Shown here: positions 1 to 9,542 of the stretch, piece by piece
How the letters are laid out: every line of letters starts with the position of its first letter
Position numbering within the stretch: the stretch's first letter is position 1
DNA from: Alphaproteobacteria bacterium
GTDB taxonomy: Bacteria > Pseudomonadota > Alphaproteobacteria > MPNO01
Direction: 5' to 3'
DNA: 64,000 nucleotides
Assembly: GCA_964291675.2 (NCBI GenBank)
Contig: OZ219866.1
Location: 2,016,001-2,080,000, forward strand
Program-made: the position numbers and the translations under genes
The notes under the pieces: generated by a model
The model's input: the letters and a program-made list of their open reading frames with translations, nothing else
Told to the model about the DNA's origin: nothing
Databases searched by the model: none

Positions 1-376
1 GCAGATAGCCATAGGCGGGCGATGCCATCTGGAACATGCCCTTGCACAGGTGATGCGCGCCGGCGAGGCAGTCGACGCAGCGGCCGCAGGAGATCACCGG
101 CTGCAGCGCCACCCGGTCGCCCACCTTGACGCCCCACTTGGCCGCGGCCTCGGCGCCGAGCTCCTCGATCACGCCCACCGGCTCGTGGCCCGGGATGACC
201 GGGTAGACGGCGAGCCCCTTCTCCGCGAAGTGGCCGCGATACTGCTCGACATCGCTGCCGCACAGCCCGCACGCGCGCACGCGTAGCAGGCCTTCCGAGG
301 CGCCGACGACGGGTACCTCGAATTCCTCCATCTCCAGCCGCCGGGCGGCGACCTGCACCATCGCGCGCGCCTTCAT
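1..376 (-). CDS. Zinc-dependent medium-chain alcohol dehydrogenase, N-terminal part (runs off the window start)
   Basis: Manual translation from the ATG at 376 gives MKARAMVQVAARRLEMEEF...CGLCGSD...YPVIPGHEPVG...GDRV...CGRCVDC...HHLC, containing the catalytic and structural Zn motifs of MDR enzymes. Not in the ORF track because it is truncated. Confidence 0.85.
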   Translation of the reverse strand, partial: MKARAMVQVAARRLEMEEFEVPVVGASEGLLRVRACGLCGSDVEQYRGHFAEKGLAVYPVIPGHEPVGVIEELGAEAAAKWGVKVGDRVALQPVISCGRCVDCLAGAHHLCKGMFQMASPAYGYL

Positions 377-456
377 CGAAGCCGTCTCCCCGCTGCACGG
401 CGAACCTCGCCAGGCAAGGATTGTCGCAGCGCCCGCCCGCGGGTCAACCGGGCGGG

Positions 457-1344
457 CTACGTCTCCTTCGCCGAGATGATCGCCGCGGTCATCGAGCGCG
501 GGTCGCGCAGCTCCCAGCGCCCGGCCTCGACCCGCGCCATGAAGTCGCCGCAGACCTGGTTGTAGAGCGCGGGCTCCTCCAGATTGCACAGATGCCCGGT
601 GCGCGGCAGCAGCACCAGCGCCGAGGACCGGATGGCGCGCTTCATCAGCAGCCCGGCGTCGAGGCACGGGTCGTCCTCGTCGCCGTTGACCACCAGGGTC
701 GGCACGGTCAGCGCGCGCATCCTGTCTTCCAGGTCGAACAGCGACGGCCGGCGGCGCTGCACGCCGCGCATGGTGTTGGCCGAGCCCAGGCTGGAATGCT
801 CGCACAGCCGGTCGGTGAATTCCTGCCAGCCGCGCGGGTCCTTGTTCTGGTACTGCACCCGGGTCGGACCCAGCGCGTAGACCTTGCCGAACGCCGCCAT
901 GGTCTCGTCCTCCATGCGCTGGGCGGCTTCGGCGGTCTCCCGCTGGAACCGCTCGCGCGCGTCCGCCCTGGCGCCGTAGCCGCAGCCGGCCACCACCAGC
1001 GACAGCGCCCGGTCCGGGTACTGGAATCCGAAGTGAAGCGTCGCAAAGCCGCCCATGGACAGCCCGTTGATATGCGCACGCTCGATCCCGAGCCCGTCCA
1101 GCACCGCGAGGATGTCGTCGCGCGCGCGGTCCTGGCTGTACATCTCCGGGTCCGCGGGAACGTCCGACGGCGGGTATCCGCGCGCATTGAAGGCGATGCA
1201 GCGATGGCTGCGCGAGAAGTGGCGAAGCTGCGGCTCCCAGGCCCGGCAGTCGCCGGCGAACTCGTGCACGAACACGATCGGCCGGCCGCTGCCCGCCTCC
1301 TCGTAGTAGAGCCCGACCCCGTCATCGGCCGTGACATGCGGCAT
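457..1344 (-). CDS. Alpha/beta-fold hydrolase
   Basis: HEFAG oxyanion region, GLSMGG nucleophile elbow and GHLCNLEEP catalytic His; GGAGG RBS upstream. Confidence 0.88.
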   Translation of the reverse strand: MPHVTADDGVGLYYEEAGSGRPIVFVHEFAGDCRAWEPQLRHFSRSHRCIAFNARGYPPSDVPADPEMYSQDRARDDILAVLDGLGIERAHINGLSMGGFATLHFGFQYPDRALSLVVAGCGYGARADARERFQRETAEAAQRMEDETMAAFGKVYALGPTRVQYQNKDPRGWQEFTDRLCEHSSLGSANTMRGVQRRRPSLFDLEDRMRALTVPTLVVNGDEDDPCLDAGLLMKRAIRSSALVLLPRTGHLCNLEEPALYNQVCGDFMARVEAGRWELRDPRSMTAAIISAKET

Positions 1345-1508
1345 GGCGGCCTCCCCCTTCTGTCCGTTCCCGGTGCCTGCTTACCCGCGGCGCGGCAAGG
1401 CGGCAAGCCGGCCGGCCGATTGGTGCTGCGGTTGACTCGGCGCCGCCATGCCGGGACGGTATCGGTCGAACGGTCGAAGGGGAGCGCCGGGATGGAGAGC
1501 CGCCCGTC

Positions 1509-2699
1509 ATGAGTGCCGGTCTGCGAAACGCCCGTGGCGTAACCCACTACGAGCCGGGACGCACCCATGACGGCTATACGCTGTTCGCGCCGATGTACGG
1601 TCGCAACGTCTGGCTCATCGACATGTGGGGCACCATCCTGCACCGCTGGCCGACCGCGAACCTGCCCGGCAATTACGGCGAGCTGCTGGCCAACGGGAAC
1701 CTGCTCTTCGCCGGTCGCAGCAAGCCGGCGATCCCCGACTTCGCGGGCAATGGCGGCGAGCTGGTGGAGTACGACTGGCAGGGCGAAATCGTCTGGGAGT
1801 ATCGCGACCCCTATCTCAGCCACTGCTTCGCGCCGCTCGCCAACGGCAACCTGCTGGTCAACAAGTGGCGGCGCGTTCCCGCCGCGATCGCCCGGCGGGT
1901 CAAGGGCGGCCAGCCGGGCACCGAGCGCGACGGCGAGATGTACGGCGAGGCGGTGCAGGAGATCGACCGCGCCGGCAACGTGGTCTGGGAATGGCTGACC
2001 TTCGAGCATCTCGATCCCGGGATCGACGCGATCGGCCCCATGCATCCGCGCGACCGCTGGACCAATCTCAACGCGCTGCACGAGATGCCCGACGGCCGCG
2101 TCCTGATGAGCTTCCGCTTCATCGACACCATCGCGATCGTCGACCGGGCGAGCGGCGATATCGACTGGCGCTGGGGCCCCGGCAAGCTGGCCGGTCCGCA
2201 CGACCCGACATGGCTGGAAGGCGGCACGGTGCTGGTGTTCGACAACGGCGCGCACCGGACCCACACGACGATCGACTACTCGCGCGTGGTCGAAATCGAC
2301 CCGGCGACCGGAGAGATCGTGTGGGAGTACAAGGAGAACCCGGTCTACGACTTCTCCAGCTTCATCTGCTCGGGCGCCCAGCGGCTCGCCAACGGCAACA
2401 CGCTGATCTGCGAATGCACCAAGGGCCGGCTGTTCGAGGTGACGCGCGACGGCGACCTGGTGTGGGAGTTCGTCAGCCCGTTCTACTACGAGCACCCGAT
2501 CTTCGGGACCAACAACATGGTGTTCCGCTGCATGCGCTACGACGCCGACGACCCGCGCTTCGCCGGCGCGCCGCTGGGTGCCGGGGACAACGTCGACTTC
2601 AACGCCATGATGCCGCGCCCGTTCGTGCGCAGCCCCGACAGCGCCAGGCCGCTGGGCACGAGCTACGCGACGGGGACGATCCTGCGCGGCGGGCACTGA
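1509..2699 (+). CDS. Aryl-sulfate sulfotransferase (ASST)-like beta-propeller protein, no signal peptide
   Basis: GYTLFAP N-terminus, repeated G-x-I/V-V-W-E-Y/W blades, HDP...VFDNG and SGAQRLANGNTLI motifs. Confidence 0.8.
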   Translation: MSAGLRNARGVTHYEPGRTHDGYTLFAPMYGRNVWLIDMWGTILHRWPTANLPGNYGELLANGNLLFAGRSKPAIPDFAGNGGELVEYDWQGEIVWEYRDPYLSHCFAPLANGNLLVNKWRRVPAAIARRVKGGQPGTERDGEMYGEAVQEIDRAGNVVWEWLTFEHLDPGIDAIGPMHPRDRWTNLNALHEMPDGRVLMSFRFIDTIAIVDRASGDIDWRWGPGKLAGPHDPTWLEGGTVLVFDNGAHRTHTTIDYSRVVEIDPATGEIVWEYKENPVYDFSSFICSGAQRLANGNTLICECTKGRLFEVTRDGDLVWEFVSPFYYEHPIFGTNNMVFRCMRYDADDPRFAGAPLGAGDNVDFNAMMPRPFVRSPDSARPLGTSYATGTILRGGH

Positions 2700-2748
2700 A
2701 ATCGGCGCGGACGGGCCGGGCGGCGGGCGCCGATTGGAGACCGGGCAA

Positions 2749-3963
2749 TTGACATCCGGCGATACCACGCCCCGCCAGGGAGACGGCGACGAACTGATCG
2801 CCGCGGCGCGGGCGCTGGCGCCGGCGATCGGGGCGGACGCCGAGAGCGCGGAGAAGGCGCGCAGGATCTCCCCGCGAGTCCATGCGGCGATCAGAGAGGC
2901 CGGATTTCTCCGCATTCTTCTGCCCCGCCGTTTCGGCGGCTACGAGCTCGACCTCGACACCGCGATCGGCGTGATTCTCGAGCTGTCGGCGGCCTGCGGG
3001 TCGACCGGCTGGGTGGCGAGCTGCGGCATTTCGCACCAGTGGATGGTGGCGCAGTTCCCGCTCGCCTGTCAGGAGGAGATCTGGGCCGACGGCCCCGACA
3101 AGCTGGTCGTGACGTCGTTCCCGGCGACCGGCGCCTGCGAGCGGGTCGATGGCGGGTTTCGGATCGACGGGAGGTGGCGCTATGCCAGCGGCTGCGACTA
3201 TGCCGATGTCGCGCTGCTCGGCGTCGCGCTGCCGCCCGAGAGGGACGGCGACGCCGCGGTCCCGGGGTTCGTCGTGGTGCCGATGTCCGATTGCGCGATG
3301 GAAGAGGACTGGGACACGATGGGGCTCGCGGCGACCGGCAGCCATGCGGTCGTCGCCGAAAATGTCTTCGTGCCCGAATACCGGAGCCTGCCGGCGGAGG
3401 TCTTCGTCGCGGCGGACACGCCGGGCCGGATCGCCTTCGAGACCAATCTCAGCCGCTACCCGGTGTTCTCGCTCGGCGCCCATGGCCTGTCCGCGACGGC
3501 GGTCGGTTGCCTCCAGGGCGCGCTCGACCACTTCGTCGCATTGCTGGCCGACTGGCGGGTCCGCGGCAGCGGGGTGGGCGCGGGCGCCAGGGTCGCCGAA
3601 TTCCCCGCAATCCAGATGCGGGTCGGGCAGGCGGCGATGGCGCTGAAGGCGGCGAAGGCGCTGATGTTCTCGCAGATCGAGGACACGCGGCGCGCCGTCA
3701 TCGACCGGGGCGCTGTGCTGGACCGCGGCGAGCGTCTGGAGAACCGGGTGGTCCAGGCCTATGTCGTCCAGCTCGCCCTGCAGGGGCTCGACGCGCTCTG
3801 GGGCGCGGCGGGCGCCAGCGGCATCCATCACGCCGAGCCGGTCCAGCGCGCCTGGCGCGACGCGCACGCCGTGTCCCACCACGCGTTCTTCAACTGGGAT
3901 GTCCACGCGGCGATGTACGGCCAGGCCCGGCTCGGGATCGAGCCGAGCGGCGCGCCCTATTGA
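2749..3963 (+). CDS. Flavin-dependent monooxygenase oxygenase subunit (acyl-CoA dehydrogenase fold, HsaA/HpaH-like)
   Basis: LPRRFGGYE, CGSTGW, GRWRYASGCD, WDTMGLAATGS and QRAWRDAH motifs. TTG start at 2749 chosen after GGAG; the ORF track starts at 2734. Confidence 0.85.
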   Translation: MTSGDTTPRQGDGDELIAAARALAPAIGADAESAEKARRISPRVHAAIREAGFLRILLPRRFGGYELDLDTAIGVILELSAACGSTGWVASCGISHQWMVAQFPLACQEEIWADGPDKLVVTSFPATGACERVDGGFRIDGRWRYASGCDYADVALLGVALPPERDGDAAVPGFVVVPMSDCAMEEDWDTMGLAATGSHAVVAENVFVPEYRSLPAEVFVAADTPGRIAFETNLSRYPVFSLGAHGLSATAVGCLQGALDHFVALLADWRVRGSGVGAGARVAEFPAIQMRVGQAAMALKAAKALMFSQIEDTRRAVIDRGAVLDRGERLENRVVQAYVVQLALQGLDALWGAAGASGIHHAEPVQRAWRDAHAVSHHAFFNWDVHAAMYGQARLGIEPSGAPY

Positions 3964-4009
3964 CCGCATCGGCGGCGAACATGCAGCGCACGGCATTGGG
4001 GAGAAGACG

Positions 4010-5095
4010 ATGACCGAAATCAGGGCGGCGGTGTTCCGCGATACCAGCCTCAAGCCTTCCATCGAGACCCTGGAGATGTCCGGACCGGGCGCGGACGAGG
4101 TGCTGGTCAAGCTGACCGCGACCGGCGTCTGCCACACCGATCTGAAGACGGCCGGCACCGACCGGTCGCCGCGCCCGGTGGTGCTCGGGCACGAAGGCGC
4201 GGGCGTCGTCGAGGCGGTCGGCTCCGGCGTCGCCGATCTGGCGCCCGGCGATCACGTCGTGATGACCTTCACCTGGTGCCGGCGCTGCCCGAGCTGCCGG
4301 AGCGCCCGGCCGGCCTATTGCTACAACACCGATCACTTCGCCTGCACCCGTCCCGACGGCAGCCACTACCTGCGCGGCGCGGACGGGCCGGTGCATGGCG
4401 ACTTCTTCAACCAGTCGTCCTTCGCCACCCACGCGCTGGGACGCCGGACCGGCGTGGTCAAGGTGCGCAAGGATGCGCCGCTGAACATCCTCGGGCCGCT
4501 CGGCTGCGGCATTCAGACCGGGGCGGGCGCGGTGCTCAACGTGTTCGGGATGAAGCCCGGGCAGACGCTTGCCGTCTTCGGCGCGGGCTCGCTCGGTCTC
4601 TCCGCGGTGATGGCGGCGAGGATCGCCGGCGCATCGGAGGTGGTCGCCGTCGACCTCCATCCCAACCGCTTGCAGCTCGCGGCCGAGCTCGGCGCCGACC
4701 ACGCGATCCGCGCCGATGGCGGGAAGGTGCACGACCGGATCCGCGACCTGATCCCGCACGGGGTCGATTTCGCGCTGGACACCACGGCCGTCGGCCCGGT
4801 GATGCTGGACGCGATCGCAAGCCTGGCGCCGCATGGCAGCTTCGGCTTCGTGGCCCCGACCGAGACCGGCGAGCTCACCGTCCCGCTCCGGCCGCTGATG
4901 ATGAACCGCAAGGTTCTCGGCATCATGGAGGGGAACAGCAACCCCGACGTCTTCATCCCCCGGCTGGTGGATTTCCACATGCAGGGCGTGTTCCCCTTCG
5001 ACCGGCTGGTCAGGTTCTATCCGTTCGACGACATCGAGCAGGCCTTCCACGACAGCGAGGCGGGCACCACGGTCAAGCCGATCCTCGAAATGTGA
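4010..5095 (+). CDS. Zn-dependent aryl-alcohol dehydrogenase (XylB/AreB-like)
   Basis: CHTD, GHEGAG, CxxCxxC, GPLGCGIQTGAGAV, GAGSLG and FPFDRLVRFYPF motifs; ATG at 4010. Confidence 0.9.
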   Translation: MTEIRAAVFRDTSLKPSIETLEMSGPGADEVLVKLTATGVCHTDLKTAGTDRSPRPVVLGHEGAGVVEAVGSGVADLAPGDHVVMTFTWCRRCPSCRSARPAYCYNTDHFACTRPDGSHYLRGADGPVHGDFFNQSSFATHALGRRTGVVKVRKDAPLNILGPLGCGIQTGAGAVLNVFGMKPGQTLAVFGAGSLGLSAVMAARIAGASEVVAVDLHPNRLQLAAELGADHAIRADGGKVHDRIRDLIPHGVDFALDTTAVGPVMLDAIASLAPHGSFGFVAPTETGELTVPLRPLMMNRKVLGIMEGNSNPDVFIPRLVDFHMQGVFPFDRLVRFYPFDDIEQAFHDSEAGTTVKPILEM

Positions 5096-5146
5096 CCGCC
5101 CGGCGTATACAAATCAGGGGAAACACCGGCAGGGAGGAACAGGAAG

Positions 5147-6661
5147 ATGACACTTCAGGGTCCCAGCGCGTCGGAACTGCAGGACCTCGCCCGGTCGCTC
5201 GGCTTCGGGCTGACCGACGCGGAAGCCGGGGAATACAGCGCGCTGCTCGCCCCGCTGGTGGGCATGGCCGACGCCCAGCAGAAAATGCCGGACTACCTGC
5301 CAGAGGTGAAATACCCTCGGACCCCCGGCTACCGGCCCGACGGCGATGAGAACAGGTACAACGCCTGGTACTACAAGAGCCGCATCGAGGGCGCCCCGGA
5401 CGGCAAGCTGGCCGGCAAGACGGTCGCGCTCAAGGACAACGTGATGCTGGCCGGCGTGCCGATGATGAACGGCACGTCGATCCTCGAAGGCTATGTGCCC
5501 GAGGTCGACGCGACGATCGTCACGCGGCTGCTCGATGCGGGCGCGACGATTCTGGGCAAGGCGCATTGCGAGAACTACTGCCTCTCGGGCAGCAGCCATA
5601 CCAACGCGACCGGCCCCTGCCACAACCCGCACCGGATGGGCTACAGCGCCGGCGGCTCGTCCTCCGGCAGCGCCGCGCTGGTGGCCGCCGGCGAGGTCGA
5701 CATGGCGATCGGCGGCGACCAGGGCGGGTCGATCCGCATGCCGGCCTCGTTCTGCGGCGTCTACGGGATGAAGCCGACCTACGGCCTGGTGCCCTATACC
5801 GGGGTGCTCGGGATCGAGGCCGCGATCGACCATGTCGGGCCGATGACGGCGACCGTGGCGGACAACGCCCTGATGCTGGAGGCCATCGCCGGTGCGGACG
5901 GGATCGACGGGCGGCAGCGCGACGTGGTCACCCATCCCTATTCGGAGATGCTGGAGGGCGGGGTTTCGGGGCTCAGGATCGCGGTGATCGAGGACGGGTT
6001 CGATCACCCCGGCTCGCAGGCCGAGTCGGACGCCGTGGTGCGCGCCGCCTGCGCCAGGTTCGGCGAGCTCGGCGCCGAGGTCGAGACCATCGCCTTCCCG
6101 CTGCATCGCGAGGCGGCGGTGATGTACATGCCGGCCCTTGTGGAGGGGCTCGCCCGGGAGATGATGCTGCAGGGCGGCGTGTTCTACGGCCTGCCCGGGC
6201 TCTATGTCGGCGGCGCGCTCGAACGCTGCAACGGCTGGACCGAGCGCGCGCACGAGCTGCCGCCGACGGTCCGCGTGTTCACCCTGCTGGGTGCCTGGTA
6301 CATGGAGACCCTGGGCGGGCGCGTCTATGCCAAGGGGATGAATTTGCAGCGCAAGGCGAAGGACGGGTTCGCGCGGCTGATGGAGGACTTCGACCTCCTG
6401 CTGATGCCGACCGTGCCGCTGGTGGCGCAGCCGTTTCCGGCGGCGGACGCCTCGATCGCGGAGTATTGCGACCACGCCTGGAACATGCTGGCCAACTGTC
6501 CGACCTACAACTACACCGGCCAGCCTTCGATGTCGGTGCCCTGCGGCACGGTCGACGGGCTCCCGGTCGGGCTGATGATCACCGGACGGTGGTGGGACGA
6601 GCCGACCGTCTACCGGGCCGCGGCGGCGTTCGAGGCGAATTTCGACTGGCGCTCCCTCTGA
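5147..6661 (+). CDS. Amidase-signature family amidase
   Basis: LKDN (Lys), GGSSSGS and GDQGGSIR (Ser-cisSer-Lys triad); GGAGG RBS. Confidence 0.92.
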   Translation: MTLQGPSASELQDLARSLGFGLTDAEAGEYSALLAPLVGMADAQQKMPDYLPEVKYPRTPGYRPDGDENRYNAWYYKSRIEGAPDGKLAGKTVALKDNVMLAGVPMMNGTSILEGYVPEVDATIVTRLLDAGATILGKAHCENYCLSGSSHTNATGPCHNPHRMGYSAGGSSSGSAALVAAGEVDMAIGGDQGGSIRMPASFCGVYGMKPTYGLVPYTGVLGIEAAIDHVGPMTATVADNALMLEAIAGADGIDGRQRDVVTHPYSEMLEGGVSGLRIAVIEDGFDHPGSQAESDAVVRAACARFGELGAEVETIAFPLHREAAVMYMPALVEGLAREMMLQGGVFYGLPGLYVGGALERCNGWTERAHELPPTVRVFTLLGAWYMETLGGRVYAKGMNLQRKAKDGFARLMEDFDLLLMPTVPLVAQPFPAADASIAEYCDHAWNMLANCPTYNYTGQPSMSVPCGTVDGLPVGLMITGRWWDEPTVYRAAAAFEANFDWRSL

Positions 6662-6734
6662 CGGCGCGGGTTTGACAGCCTGCGGGCCGGTACCCACTAT
6701 CGGCCCGCCAATCGACCATAGCGCCGAGGAGATC

Positions 6735-7115
6735 ATGGGGTTCGAAGTCGTCGAGACGCCCGGCCTGCCGACGCCGGGACAGTTTTCCCATGTCGTGAGG
6801 AAGGGGCCGTTCGTCTTCATCTCGGGACAGACCGCGGCGGTCGCCGCGGGGGAGGGGAACCTCGATCCCGAGGACCAGGCGCGGGAGATCTTCGGCTATC
6901 TGAGGACGGCGATCGAGTCGGCCGGCGGCACGATGGCCGACATCTGCAAGATCAACCTGTTCCTCACCGACGGCTCGCAGATCCCGGCGATCCTGGAGCT
7001 GCGGCCGCAGTTCTTCGAAAAACCCTATCCCGCGGCCACCCTGGTCATGGTCAACGGCCTGTTCCGGCGCGAACTCGTGATGGAGATCGAGGCGACGGCC
7101 ATCCTCGACGGCTGA
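6735..7115 (+). CDS. RidA/YjgF/UK114 family protein
   Basis: FSHVVR, VFISGQ, YPAATLV and EIEATA motifs; AGGAG RBS before ATG 6735. Confidence 0.88.
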   Translation: MGFEVVETPGLPTPGQFSHVVRKGPFVFISGQTAAVAAGEGNLDPEDQAREIFGYLRTAIESAGGTMADICKINLFLTDGSQIPAILELRPQFFEKPYPAATLVMVNGLFRRELVMEIEATAILDG

Positions 7116-7134
7116 ACCGCACGGAGCGCCCGCC

Positions 7135-8157
7135 ATGTCCGCAGAGGGACCGCTCTTCGTCTCCTACCGCGATACGCTCGACCTGCTCTCGGCCGCCGAG
7201 GCGCTGGAGGTCGTCGAACGGGTCTACGCGATGCACGCCAGGGGCTCGGTGCAATGGTCCGACCCGCCGAGCTTCCACATGGACGACGCGGGGCTGCACA
7301 ACCACTGGCACGTCAAGGCCTGCCTGCTGAAGGACATCCCGATCGCCGGGGTGCGCATGTACGGCTATTACGAGGACAGCGAACGCTCCACTGTCGGCAC
7401 CCTCGATTCGACGCGCCTCGTCGTCATCAGCGATCCGGCGACCAGCGTGCCGCTGGCGATCGTCGACGAGCACTGGAACTTCTCGATCCGCAGCACCGCG
7501 GCCGCCTGCATCGCCTGCAAGTGGATGACCAACCCCGATCCCCGGGTGCTCGGCCTCGTCGGCGTGGGCTCGATGGGACGGACCGCGCTGCAGTGCCTGT
7601 CGTCGATGTACGCGTTCGAGGAGATCCGCTGCACCTCGCGGCGGCCGGAGACCCGCGAGGCGTTCGCCGCGGAATGGTCGGAGGCGCTCGGCGTTCCGGT
7701 GATCCCGGTGGCGACGCCGGAGGAAACGGTCACCGGCGCCGACATCGCGGTCGGCGGCACGACGTCGGCCGATGTCGTCTCGCGCGTCGAGTGGCTGAAG
7801 CCGGGCTCGACCTTCATCTCGCTCGCGCGGCGCGAGCTCGATCCCGCCGGCTGGCCGAAGATGGACAAGGTCGTGATCGACGATTTCGAGCTCAACATGC
7901 TGAGCCCGGTATTCCGCGAGACGGTGGAACGGGGCTATCTGTCGCGCGAGACCCTCCATGCCGAGATCTGGGAGCTGGTCGCGGGACGCAAGCCCGGCCG
8001 CGAGCATCCCGACGAGCGGGTGCTGATCCACACCGTCGGGCTGGTGTCGCAGGACGTGGCGCTCGCCGAATTCGTCTACCGCAAGGCGGTCGAGAAGGGC
8101 GTCGGCATCCGCCTCCCGGCGGCCCATTCCCGAGCCCCGGGCCGGACCCGCGCTTGA
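7135..8157 (+). CDS. Ornithine cyclodeaminase/mu-crystallin family (imine reductase-like)
   Basis: RSTAA, GVGSMG Rossmann motif, GRKPGR and GLVSQDVA C-terminal motif. Confidence 0.85.
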   Translation: MSAEGPLFVSYRDTLDLLSAAEALEVVERVYAMHARGSVQWSDPPSFHMDDAGLHNHWHVKACLLKDIPIAGVRMYGYYEDSERSTVGTLDSTRLVVISDPATSVPLAIVDEHWNFSIRSTAAACIACKWMTNPDPRVLGLVGVGSMGRTALQCLSSMYAFEEIRCTSRRPETREAFAAEWSEALGVPVIPVATPEETVTGADIAVGGTTSADVVSRVEWLKPGSTFISLARRELDPAGWPKMDKVVIDDFELNMLSPVFRETVERGYLSRETLHAEIWELVAGRKPGREHPDERVLIHTVGLVSQDVALAEFVYRKAVEKGVGIRLPAAHSRAPGRTRA

Positions 8158-8210
8158 CCGGCCGCCGGGGCGGGGACAGAATTTTGCCGCCCGCGACGCG
8201 ATGCAGCACG

Positions 8211-9542
8211 ATGACCGACGACCGCCTCCGATCGATAGCCGACGCCGCGGCGGCGAAGCTGGTGCCGGGCGAGACGCTGCGACTCGCGGCGCGGATGGTC
8301 GATATTCCGAGCCCGTCGGGCCGCGAGCGCGAGCTGGCGGAGACGGTCGCGGGCTTCATGGCGGATAACGGCCTCGAAGGGCGCTGCCAGGCGGTCGACG
8401 GCGAGCTGTGCAACGCCCTCGGCCGGCTGCCCGGCTCCGGCGGCGGCGCCGAGCTGATGCTGTTTTCTCCCCTGGACACCGCCTTCGCCGGAACCCCCGA
8501 AGCCGATGGGCCGTTCCTCGGCACGCCGATGCGCGACGACCAGATCGCTTCCGCCCGCATCGAGGGCAAGGTCCTGACCGGGCTCGGCGCGCACAACCCG
8601 AAGGGCCACGCCGCCGCCGCCGTCATGGCCGCAATCTGCCTCGCGCGCGCCGGCGCGGCGCTCCCGGGCGATGTCGTCGTGGCGCTCGGGGGCGGCGGCA
8701 TGCCGACCAACATCCCGGCGGGCGACGGACGGGCCGGGCGGCGGATCGGCCACGGCGCCGGTTGCGCGTTCCTGCTCGAGCAGGGCGTCCGCCCCGATTA
8801 TGCCATCGTCGTCAAGCCGGGCCCTCCGGCCTGGGAGGAGGTCGGCCTCTGCTGGTTTCGCGTTTCGGTGCGCGGGCTGCTCGGCTACGCGGGGACACGG
8901 CACGCGGTGGCGCACGCCAACCCGATCCTCGCGGCGACCAGGGTGATCGAGGGGCTGGAGGCCTGGTTCGCCGACTACTCGGAGGCCAACGCGTCCGGCA
9001 CCCTGCGCCCGCAGGGCTCGATCGGCTGTATCCGCGCGGGCTGGGCCGAGAAGCCGACCTTCATCCCCGAGATCTGCGAGATCTATCTCGATCTGCGCAG
9101 CACGCCCCGCACCGGTCCGGCCGAGGTGCGCCGGCAATTCGCCGCCGCGATCGAGTCCATCCGCGCGGCCGATGACGGTCTCGATGTCGACTGGGAGATG
9201 ATCCTCGCCGTGCCCGCCTCCCATACCGACCCGGAGAGCTGGATCGTGGGCGCGGCGATCCGCGCATGGGAGCGCATGACGGGCCGCCCCTTCGTCTCCG
9301 GGAGCGACGGCAGCGGCGCCACGGAGGCGAACGTGATCCGCAATTGGGGCATCCCGACGGCGCGCTTCGGGCTGCCGCCGCCGCCCCAGCCGCTGCCGCG
9401 CTCGGGGCAATTCTCGATGGGGGAGGTGCACGCCGACAGCCTGGATTCGCTGGTGCGCGCGCTGATCGACGCCGCCGTCGACACCTGCGGGCGGCCGCTG
9501 GCCGAGCTGGATACGGAATCGGAGCGAGGCCCGCGATGTTGA
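8211..9542 (+). CDS. M20/ArgE-like deacylase-fold protein with degenerate metal site
   Basis: DIPSPSGRE, NALGRLPGSGGG and dimerisation-domain DLR segment; SPLDT, GAHNPKG and GGGMP replace the HxD, GxxDxK and EE motifs. Confidence 0.78.
   Translation: MTDDRLRSIADAAAAKLVPGETLRLAARMVDIPSPSGRERELAETVAGFMADNGLEGRCQAVDGELCNALGRLPGSGGGAELMLFSPLDTAFAGTPEADGPFLGTPMRDDQIASARIEGKVLTGLGAHNPKGHAAAAVMAAICLARAGAALPGDVVVALGGGGMPTNIPAGDGRAGRRIGHGAGCAFLLEQGVRPDYAIVVKPGPPAWEEVGLCWFRVSVRGLLGYAGTRHAVAHANPILAATRVIEGLEAWFADYSEANASGTLRPQGSIGCIRAGWAEKPTFIPEICEIYLDLRSTPRTGPAEVRRQFAAAIESIRAADDGLDVDWEMILAVPASHTDPESWIVGAAIRAWERMTGRPFVSGSDGSGATEANVIRNWGIPTARFGLPPPPQPLPRSGQFSMGEVHADSLDSLVRALIDAAVDTCGRPLAELDTESERGPRC

Noticed and set aside
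1432-1460. TTGACT-N17 candidate promoter upstream of the ASST gene
   Set aside because: The -10 element (GACGGT) is too poor to support a call.
7254-8210. Long N-terminal extensions in the ORF track (also ORFs 9811-11532, 27919-29733, 35972-38101, 37165-39825, 37216-39723, 43429-45306, 55851-59072)
   Set aside because: They overlap other real genes and read as off-frame text. Starts were reset to the first codon of the recognisable domain, so these are not fusions.
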